In this document: one piece after another, positions 7,845-14,515 of the stretch | Numbering within the stretch: the first letter of the stretch is position 1 | How the letters are laid out: the number at the start of each line of letters is the position of its first letter | From: an uncultured bacterium | GTDB taxonomy: Bacteria; Elusimicrobiota; UBA5214 | Direction: 5' to 3' | DNA: 26,147 nucleotides | Assembly (NCBI GenBank): GCA_964599925.1 | Contig: CAZRHN010000005.1 | Span: 2,563-28,709 of the forward strand | Translations under genes and position numbers: made by a program | The notes under the pieces: generated by a model | The model's database searches: none | The model's input: the letters and a program-made list of their open reading frames with translations, nothing else | What the model was told of the DNA's origin: nothing

Positions 7845-8915
7845 ATGATTATTGGTCTTACCGGTCCAAATGCCTGTGGCAAAGGAGAAGTTGCAAAATA
7901 TTTATCCACTAAAGGTTACCGGGTTTACTCTTTATCCGATGTTTTACGTACCGAAGCAGAAAAAGTGGGGTTAGACCTTTCTCGCCAAAATTTGATTAAT
8001 TTTGGACGGAAATTAAGAAAAAAATATGGTAAAGCAGTACTGGTAAAAAAACTTTTATCGCAAATTCAAAAACATAAAAATGTAGTCATTGACAGTATAA
8101 GAAATACTGGCGAAATTAGCGAATTGCGTAAACTATCAACTATCAACTCTCAACTGTCAACTGTTTTTATTCTTGGTGTTGATGCACCAGCAAAATTGCG
8201 TTATCAAAGATTGTGTCAACGCAAACGTTTAGGGGACACAAAAACTTTTACTGAATTTATGGAAACTGAAAAAAAGGAAAATTCTTCAAATAAATTTAAC
8301 CAACAAATTAGCCACTGTATGAAATTAGCCGATAAAGTTATCATCAATGACAGTTCGCTTAAACAATTACATAAAAGAATTGACTCTTTTCTTTCTGCAA
8401 TTGAGAACTCCCGCTTACCACTTACCACTCACTACTCACCAGTTCCCCGTCCCTCATGGGATAAATATTTTCTTAAACTTGCATTATTGGTTGCCGAAAG
8501 GTCAACCTGTCGGAGACACCATGTTGGTGCGGTAATTGTCCGTGATAAACGTCTGCTCACTACCGGTTATAACGGTGCACCAGCGGGAGTAAAAGATTGC
8601 CTTGAGTTGGGTTGTTTAAGGGAAGAATTAGGTATACCTTCAGGAACAAGACAGGAAATCTGTCGGGCGATTCATGCAGAACAAAATGCAATTATTCAGG
8701 CGGGGTTATACGGAATAAATATTGAAGGAGCAACAATTTATTGCACTCATACACCCTGCACTCTTTGTGCACGGATGCTTGCTAATGCAAAAATAAAAAG
8801 ATATGTTACCTGCGGAACTTATGCCGATAAGTCTTTTTGTTCTCTGTTTAATGAGGCAAAAATAAAATTTGCCAAACTTAAAAAACCGAACTTAAAAATA
8901 GGAATTTTAGATTGA
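7845..8915 (+). CDS. Fusion: P-loop NMP/dephospho-CoA-kinase-like domain plus dCMP (cytidine/deoxycytidylate) deaminase
   Basis: N-terminal IIGLTGPNACGKGEVA (Walker A), LSDVLR, VIDSIRN. C-terminal RPSWDKYF, RSTC, VGAVIV, TGYNG, HAEQNAI, PCTLC. ATG 7845 chosen. Confidence 0.88.
   Translation: MIIGLTGPNACGKGEVAKYLSTKGYRVYSLSDVLRTEAEKVGLDLSRQNLINFGRKLRKKYGKAVLVKKLLSQIQKHKNVVIDSIRNTGEISELRKLSTINSQLSTVFILGVDAPAKLRYQRLCQRKRLGDTKTFTEFMETEKKENSSNKFNQQISHCMKLADKVIINDSSLKQLHKRIDSFLSAIENSRLPLTTHYSPVPRPSWDKYFLKLALLVAERSTCRRHHVGAVIVRDKRLLTTGYNGAPAGVKDCLELGCLREELGIPSGTRQEICRAIHAEQNAIIQAGLYGINIEGATIYCTHTPCTLCARMLANAKIKRYVTCGTYADKSFCSLFNEAKIKFAKLKKPNLKIGILD
8131..8163. repeat. Heptamer array AACTATC-AACTATC-AACTCTC-AACTGTC-AACTG, in-frame
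   Basis: Read directly; encodes KLSTINSQLST. Confidence 0.9.
8414..8441. repeat. Heptamer array CTTACCA-CTTACCA-CTCACTA-CTCACCA, in-frame in the interdomain linker
   Basis: Read directly; encodes LPLTTHYSP just before the deaminase RPSW motif. Confidence 0.85.
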
Positions 8916-8969
8916 CACTGAAATGGGATTAGTAAGTTTAACAAAACTAATTATCCAAAGGCGAGAGAA

Positions 8970-9620
8970 ATGGTAGAGAACTTATTTTGGTTAGGGCATG
9001 CAAGTTTCAAAATTACCGGAGAGATGGTTCGAGACCCTCACCATCCCGAGCAAAGTCGAAGGATGGTTGTCTATGTTGACCCCTGGCAGATAAAGAAAGG
9101 TGGTGAGCCGGCAAACATAATTTTGATTACTCATGACCATTATGACCATTGTTCAGCAGAAGATGTAAAAAAGATACAAACCAAAGATACAGTTATTGTT
9201 ACTGTTTCTCAGTGTAAAAGTAACCTTAGTGGTGAAATAATTATTACCAAACCGAATGAAAAAATTACTGTGCAAGGAATTGAGATAAGTGCTGTACCGG
9301 CTTACAATCTCAATAAGCCTTTCCATCCCAAAGCAAACGGTTATCTCGGTTTTATTGTTAATTTGAATAAGAAACTTTATTATCATGCCGGGGATACTGA
9401 TTTCATTCCCGAAATGGAAAAGGTTAAATGTGATATTGTCCTTTTACCAGTCTCGGGAACTTATGTGATGACCGCGGAAGAAGCAGCGAAAGCGACTGAG
9501 AAAATTAAACCTGCACTTGCGATCCCAATGCATTATGGCAGTATCGTCGGGTCAAGAAAAGATGCTGAACAGTTTAAAAAGTTATGTGAATGTTCGGTAG
9601 AAATCTTAGAAAAAAGTTGA
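8970..9620 (+). CDS. MBL-fold metallo-hydrolase (UlaG-like/beta-lactamase superfamily)
   Basis: WLGHASF, THDHYDH (HxHxDH), YHAGDT, AIPMHYG. Confidence 0.9.
   Translation: MVENLFWLGHASFKITGEMVRDPHHPEQSRRMVVYVDPWQIKKGGEPANIILITHDHYDHCSAEDVKKIQTKDTVIVTVSQCKSNLSGEIIITKPNEKITVQGIEISAVPAYNLNKPFHPKANGYLGFIVNLNKKLYYHAGDTDFIPEMEKVKCDIVLLPVSGTYVMTAEEAAKATEKIKPALAIPMHYGSIVGSRKDAEQFKKLCECSVEILEKS
9023..9068. repeat. Palindromic element in-frame in the MBL gene, bounded by GATGGTT direct repeats
   Basis: GATGGTT at 9023-9029 and 9062-9068 (39 nt apart); internal TTCGA...TCGAA inverted repeat. Confidence 0.8.
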
Positions 9621-9624
9621 ACAA

Positions 9625-11205
9625 ATGTTTTATCTTGAACCGTTAGTTCTACCCGAAGAAGAAAATTTTACCGACCGTTATTTAAAATTATCTAAAAATT
9701 TGTTTTCCCTCGGCTTTGCTCGGGATGGTGAAAATATTGAACTATTAGCCCAAGATAAAGATATGAATTATCAGCAAATTCCCTTGAGCCTCAATGAAAA
9801 AATTTTGCGCATAATCTGGTATGAACAAAAATTTGAACGGCGTGGTTTAAGGACAGTTGATGGTAAAAAGATTTGTATTATCTCACCCGGTGAATGGAAT
9901 CTTGATGAGGGACCAGATTTTAAAAGTGCGGAGATACGTTTTGGTGAAAAGATAATTTCTGGAGATATTGAAGTAGACCTGAAAGCATCCGACTGGAAGA
10001 AACATCAACATAACTGTGATGAGAAATATAATCAAGTAATCCTTCATGTTTTTTTTCTCAATAATCGCAAAGAAGAAAAAATTGCCCGAAAAGCAAATCA
10101 GGAATACGCTGAGCGTGTGGAACTGCGCGGAGCGTTGAGAGAAGATTACCTCCCCAATCCGGAAGATATGGAAAATTATCCTTCCCGTGCTTATTTAAAA
10201 AGAGGTAACTGTGGTAAAAAAATTTCTGTTCATAGTTATCCCTTAATAGAGAAGTTACTCCTCTGGGCTGGCGCGGGAAGATTTTTATTAAAAACCGAAC
10301 GGTTTAATCAGCGCTTAGCACGATTATCTTTTGACCAACTTCTTTATGAAGGGGTAATGGAAGGTCTAGGTTATAAAGCGAACCGTGAGCCGATGCTTAC
10401 TCTCGCTCGCTTGTTACCTTTAGAAAAAATTAAAAGTTATGTGGAAGATTTTCCTCTTGAAGAAAAAATTTACCTCCTGGAGACACTTTATTTTTATCTT
10501 TCTGGACTTTTACCAGAAGAAAAATATTTTTCTTCTTCTTCTTGTCCAGAAACAAAAATTTATCTTGAAAAGTTATGGACAATTCTGAAAAATTATCTGA
10601 AATTTCTGCCTACACCTTTTCATCTCAGTCGCTGGGTATTTAAAGGTGTCCGTCCGGCGAATTTTCCTTTAAGACGTCTTTCGGGGATAAGCCATTTTCT
10701 TAACCGCCATTGGCAAGGAGTAAAGGAAGGTTTTTTTCTTTCTTTCTATAAAAAAATAAAGATGGCTAATTCAATAAATGAGTTGAAAAAAATTTTTTTT
10801 CAACCTGGGGAAGGATATTTTGCCAACCACAGCCAATTTTCCCAGAAAAAAAGTAAAAAAGTATATGCTTTAATTGGTGAAGAACGAGTTTCGGCAATTC
10901 TGGTGAATACAGTTTTTCCTTTATATTACCTTTATGCATTGCGGGAAAATGATTTATCTACCCAGAAGATAATCTATTCGTTTTATCACTCTTTGAAAAG
11001 AATAAACGTTAACCATATTGCTAAATTGATGGCTTACCGTCTTTTTGGTGCAGAGAAAATCAGGCAATTTCCGATTGAAAGCGAACAAAAACAGCAAGGT
11101 CTTTTACAAATTTTTCAAGATTTTTGCGAGACAAGAATTTCCGCTTGTGGACAATGTTTCTTTCCACAAATTTTTGATTTGTCAATTGGCGAAATAATAA
11201 AGTGA
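9625..11205 (+). CDS. DUF2851-family protein; start could be ATG 9763
   Basis: EKILRIIW, PGEWNLDEGPDF, GDIEV..KASDWKKHQH..D..YNQVILHV, RPANFP..RL pattern recalled for DUF2851. Confidence 0.75.
   Translation: MFYLEPLVLPEEENFTDRYLKLSKNLFSLGFARDGENIELLAQDKDMNYQQIPLSLNEKILRIIWYEQKFERRGLRTVDGKKICIISPGEWNLDEGPDFKSAEIRFGEKIISGDIEVDLKASDWKKHQHNCDEKYNQVILHVFFLNNRKEEKIARKANQEYAERVELRGALREDYLPNPEDMENYPSRAYLKRGNCGKKISVHSYPLIEKLLLWAGAGRFLLKTERFNQRLARLSFDQLLYEGVMEGLGYKANREPMLTLARLLPLEKIKSYVEDFPLEEKIYLLETLYFYLSGLLPEEKYFSSSSCPETKIYLEKLWTILKNYLKFLPTPFHLSRWVFKGVRPANFPLRRLSGISHFLNRHWQGVKEGFFLSFYKKIKMANSINELKKIFFQPGEGYFANHSQFSQKKSKKVYALIGEERVSAILVNTVFPLYYLYALRENDLSTQKIIYSFYHSLKRINVNHIAKLMAYRLFGAEKIRQFPIESEQKQQGLLQIFQDFCETRISACGQCFFPQIFDLSIGEIIK
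9706..9730 (-). repeat. Second copy of the 9039-9063 element, inverted orientation
   Basis: Reverse complement CACCATCCCGAGCAAAGCCGAGGGA vs CACCATCCCGAGCAAAGTCGAAGGA: 23/25 identical. Confidence 0.9.
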
Positions 11206-12578
11206 AAACCTGTTTATTGATGAAAAAAATATTCGGGAAAAAAAATTTTGGACTCCTTAAGGAAATTGGGCAAGCAGCCCAAGAGGATGGTCTTACTGCT
11301 TATTTGGTTGGTGGGCCGGTACGTGATTTTCTATTGAATAAGCTGAGTAAACCCTGCACCAGAAGGATGCAGGGCAAGGATTTAGATATTGTAATTTCCG
11401 GTGGAGAGAAACTTGAGGAAAATACGGCAATAAATTTGGCAAAAAAGTTATTTAAAATTTGGTCGCCTCATCGGCGACTTGCCGGAGAGGCATGGCAGAA
11501 AAGAATAAAATTTAAGATACATCAGCGTTTCGGAACAGCGACCATTTTATTTCCTGAAAAAGGAAACCAACTTTTAGAAATAGACTTTGCTTTTTCCCGT
11601 AAGGAAAACTATCCTTCTCCTGGTAGATTGCCGGAAGTGGAGCCAGGCAATATTGAAGACGACCTTTATCGTCGGGATTTTACGATTAATGCTTTAGCAG
11701 TAAATTTAAGTTCGGACGAGTTTGGCGAATTGGTCGATTCTACTGATGGAAAAAACGATTTAAAAAAAAAATTTATTCGTGTGCTTCACGAAAAAAGTTT
11801 TCTTGATGATCCGACCAGGATATTGCGGGCGGCACGCTTCGCCGGAAGATATAATTTTTCTTTAGAAAAAAAAACTTTAACTTGGTTAAAAGAAGCGATA
11901 AAGAAAAATGCGCTTTTCACAATTAGCCGGCAACGTTTCCGCGAAGAGATGGTGAACATTTTGAAGGAGAAAGAGTCCGCTCATTGCCTTAATTTACTTG
12001 CTGATTGGAGTGTGTTAAGTTTCTTGAGTCCTGATATCCGTTGGGATAAAACCAAAACTATAGATTATAAAATGGAAAAAGGAGACGAAAATTGGTTGGT
12101 AGGGTTGCTTCTGCTGATCAAAGATTTAGATTATCAAAAGACGGAAGAAATTACCAGAAGGATGGTTTTAACCCGCAAGGAGAGAAAAATAATTCTCCAG
12201 AGTAAGAAATATTTACCCGATGCTCTTAAAGCATTGGAGAAAAACTATTCACTTACCCATCTTTATCACTATCTTTCTTTACTTCCCGAACAAGGGTTGA
12301 TATACTTAGGGGTGACCAATTCTTGTTGGACAAATCTAATTGGTACTTTTCAGAGGAGAAAAGACAAAGCAAAACCGGTACTCAACGGTGAAGATTTGAA
12401 AAAAATAGGATATCCTCCAGGGCCAATTTATAAAAAAATATTGAAAAAAATTTTTCAGGTTAAACTTTTAGGTAAGTTGCCGACTTACCTATCAGAAAAA
12501 CAGACTAAGGAAAAAGAAATCAAATTTGTCCTCCGACATTTTCCTCTTAAAGGGGTGACAGCGAAGGAGCGCGCCTAA
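11202..12578 (+). CDS. Class II tRNA nucleotidyltransferase / poly(A) polymerase family
   Basis: LVGGPVRDFLL, DLDIV, RRDFTINALA, SFLDDPTRILRAARF, LNGEDL..G.PPGP. CCA-, A- or CC-adding specificity cannot be determined from this. Confidence 0.9.
   Translation: MKTCLLMKKIFGKKNFGLLKEIGQAAQEDGLTAYLVGGPVRDFLLNKLSKPCTRRMQGKDLDIVISGGEKLEENTAINLAKKLFKIWSPHRRLAGEAWQKRIKFKIHQRFGTATILFPEKGNQLLEIDFAFSRKENYPSPGRLPEVEPGNIEDDLYRRDFTINALAVNLSSDEFGELVDSTDGKNDLKKKFIRVLHEKSFLDDPTRILRAARFAGRYNFSLEKKTLTWLKEAIKKNALFTISRQRFREEMVNILKEKESAHCLNLLADWSVLSFLSPDIRWDKTKTIDYKMEKGDENWLVGLLLLIKDLDYQKTEEITRRMVLTRKERKIILQSKKYLPDALKALEKNYSLTHLYHYLSLLPEQGLIYLGVTNSCWTNLIGTFQRRKDKAKPVLNGEDLKKIGYPPGPIYKKILKKIFQVKLLGKLPTYLSEKQTKEKEIKFVLRHFPLKGVTAKERA
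11351..11378. repeat. ACCCYGC-family palindrome in-frame in the nucleotidyltransferase
   Basis: CCCTGCA-CC / GG-A-TGCAGGG followed by CAAG; encodes KPCTRRMQGK. Confidence 0.75.
11465..11491. repeat. Second palindrome in-frame in the nucleotidyltransferase
   Basis: GCCTC-A-TCGGC / GCCGG-A-GAGGC stem with loop GACTT; within SPHRRLAGEAW. Confidence 0.7.
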
Positions 12579-12770
12579 CGAAGTAGCGAGCGAGTAAGCG
12601 CAATAAGGGGTCGCTGACCGACACTGTCTGAGCGACGAAAAGGAGCTCGTGTCTTGACAGGCCCGAAGGGCAGGATGTCGGGACTTGCGACACAGGCTGA
12701 ACGACGAAGAGGAGTTCGTGCCTTGCGTGCGGCAAAGCCGTGCGAAGTCCTTGATTCTCCTCTATTGAGA
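12541..12770. mobile_element. Candidate non-autonomous structured repeat element (MITE/REP-like), long variant
   Basis: GC-rich multi-hairpin block homologous to 25889-25904 and 25978-26067; contains a 69-nt-period internal duplication. Mobility is inferred, not shown. Confidence 0.6.
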
Positions 12771-12776
12771 GAAAAG

Positions 12777-13382
12777 ATGTTGATCCAGATTTTTGTATTA
12801 CTTTTTGCGGTAGTAGTTCACGAATGTTGTCATGGATGGATGGCCGAAAAATGTGGCGATGATACTGCACGAATAATGGGAAGAATTACCCTTAATCCTC
12901 TACCGCATTTAGACCCATTTGGTTCAATTTTACTTCCTTTACTTTTGATTTTAAGTCGGTCCCCTTTCCTCTTTGCTTGGGCAAAACCGGTACCGATTAA
13001 TCCAACAAAATTCAATAATCTACGGCAGGATTTAGTTAAAGTTGCTTTAGCCGGTCCGGGAGCAAATTTTCTTCTGGCAGTTATCTCAGCAATATTTCTT
13101 TGGTTCGTACCTAGAGGTTTAGTTTTCTACGATACCTTAAATTTTTCGGTATTGATAAATTTAGTTTTGGGTGTGTTTAACCTTATCCCCATACCACCGC
13201 TTGATGGTTCACGGGTTGTTTCGGGTTTATTGCCCTTAGATTTATCTTATAAGTACGATTCCCTTGCCCCTTATGGGTTCATTATTGTTATTTTCCTTTT
13301 TTACAGCGGTTTCTTAGGTTCGGTTCTCTGGCCAATTGTAGTTTTTTTGCATCGGCTTTTACTTATTGGAATCAAGTTTTAG
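12777..13382 (+). CDS. Site-2 protease family (peptidase M50)
   Basis: HECCH (HExxH), GDDTARIMGRITLNPLPHLDP, VALAGP, FNLIPIPPLDG. ATG 12777 chosen; the upstream 41 codons of the ORF call lie in the repeat element. Confidence 0.92.
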   Translation: MLIQIFVLLFAVVVHECCHGWMAEKCGDDTARIMGRITLNPLPHLDPFGSILLPLLLILSRSPFLFAWAKPVPINPTKFNNLRQDLVKVALAGPGANFLLAVISAIFLWFVPRGLVFYDTLNFSVLINLVLGVFNLIPIPPLDGSRVVSGLLPLDLSYKYDSLAPYGFIIVIFLFYSGFLGSVLWPIVVFLHRLLLIGIKF

Positions 13383-13387
13383 ATGAA

Positions 13388-14401
13388 ATGAAAAGAATTC
13401 TTTCTGGAATGCGTCCTTCGGGAAAATTGCATGTTGGTCATTATTTTGGTGCTCTAAACAACTGGGTAAATTTGCAAGATTCATATGAGTGCTATTATAT
13501 GATTGCTGATTGGCATGCGTTAACTTCTGAATATGCGAATCCAGGTGAACTTCAAGAAAATATATCGGAGATGGTCATTGATTGGTTAGCCTCCGGAATT
13601 AACCCGAACAAAAGTGTTCTTTTCCGTCAATCGGAAGTTAAGGAACACGCAGAACTACATTTGCTACTTTCAATGATTATACCCCTCCCCTGGCTTGAAC
13701 GCTGTCCGACTTACAAGGAACAATTACAAGAAATTAAAGATAGAGATTTATCAACCTATGGATTTTTAGGTTACCCAGTTTTACAGGCGGCAGACATTCT
13801 TATTTACAAGGCGGAATTTGTCCCGGTTGGCGAAGATCAGTTACCACATTTAGAATTATCCCGGGAAATTGCACGGCGATTTAACAATTTTTATGGTTCA
13901 CCCCGCCCTTGCACACAAGAGCGGGGTAAAATTTTACCCGAACCTCAGGCATTACTGACGGAAACAGCGAAATTGCCGGGTGTTGATGGGCGAAAGATGT
14001 CAAAATCTTATAATAACGCAATTTACCTCTCGGATTCGGAAGAAGGGGTTACCGAGAAAGTAAGGAATATGTTTACTGATCCGCAAAAAATAAGAATTGA
14101 TGACCCCGGACATCCGGAGACTTCCGGCTGCGTGGTTTACGCTTTTTATCAAGCCTTAGCTCCACACTTTTTTGAAAAAGTGCGGGGTGAATGTGAAAAA
14201 GGAAAAATTGGTTGCGTTGCCTGTAAAAAGGAACTGGCTGTAATTTTGAATCACTTTTTAGAGCCCTTTCGGAAAAGACGAAAAGAATTAGCCTCTGACC
14301 CAGAAAAAATTAAAAAAATTCTTCTTCAAGGAAAAGAAAAAGCGCAAATTGTTGCTCAGAAAACAATGGCCGAAGTGCGTAAAGCAATGAATCTTCAATA
14401 A
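13388..14401 (+). CDS. trpS: Tryptophan--tRNA ligase
   Basis: SGMRPSGKLHVGHY (HIGH), GYPVLQAADIL, VPVGEDQ, KMSKSY. Confidence 0.97.
   Translation: MKRILSGMRPSGKLHVGHYFGALNNWVNLQDSYECYYMIADWHALTSEYANPGELQENISEMVIDWLASGINPNKSVLFRQSEVKEHAELHLLLSMIIPLPWLERCPTYKEQLQEIKDRDLSTYGFLGYPVLQAADILIYKAEFVPVGEDQLPHLELSREIARRFNNFYGSPRPCTQERGKILPEPQALLTETAKLPGVDGRKMSKSYNNAIYLSDSEEGVTEKVRNMFTDPQKIRIDDPGHPETSGCVVYAFYQALAPHFFEKVRGECEKGKIGCVACKKELAVILNHFLEPFRKRRKELASDPEKIKKILLQGKEKAQIVAQKTMAEVRKAMNLQ
13900..13930. repeat. ACCCYGC-family palindrome in-frame in trpS
   Basis: ACCCCGC-C-CTTG / CAAG-A-GCGGGGT; encodes SPRPCTQERG. Confidence 0.85.
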
Positions 14402-14404
14402 TAC

Positions 14405-14503
14405 GATGCAAACAGATAAAAGAGACGATGTAGACGAGATAAAAAAGCTGATTCAAACAAATGAAAAAATCTGTCTGAATCATAGCAGTTATCTGTCTGG
14501 ATC
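14405..14503. repeat. Nested inverted array of ~13-nt modules filling the trpS-scpA intergenic region
   Basis: Left modules GATGCAAACAGAT, GATGTAGACGAGAT, GATTCAAACAAAT; right modules ATCTGTCTGAATC, ATCTGTCTGGATC. Confidence 0.7.
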
Positions 14504-14515
14504 GCTTTATAAAAG

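Noticed and set aside
8912-8938. TTGACA before the MBL gene as a promoter
   Set aside because: No convincing -10 hexamer at 16-18 nt spacing.
12614-12712. Three CTGA-N-CGA words and a GAAA resembling a hammerhead ribozyme core
   Set aside because: The hammerhead core is CUGANGA with a single N followed by stem II; here the spacing is two nucleotides and there is no stem II before GAAA.
12628-12725. Two 29-nt direct repeats 69 nt apart as a mini-CRISPR
   Set aside because: Only two units with 4 mismatches, the intervening segments are structurally related rather than unique spacers, and there are no cas genes.
12541-12776. T-box riboswitch upstream of the M50-trpS genes
   Set aside because: No T-box antiterminator motif (GGTGGNACC-like) or specifier-loop architecture is visible, and the block recurs before a tRNA gene.
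12654-12776. 41-aa N-terminal extension of the M50 protease in the ORF track
   Set aside because: It is read from the repeat element starting at a TTG; the family-typical hydrophobic start is ATG 12777.
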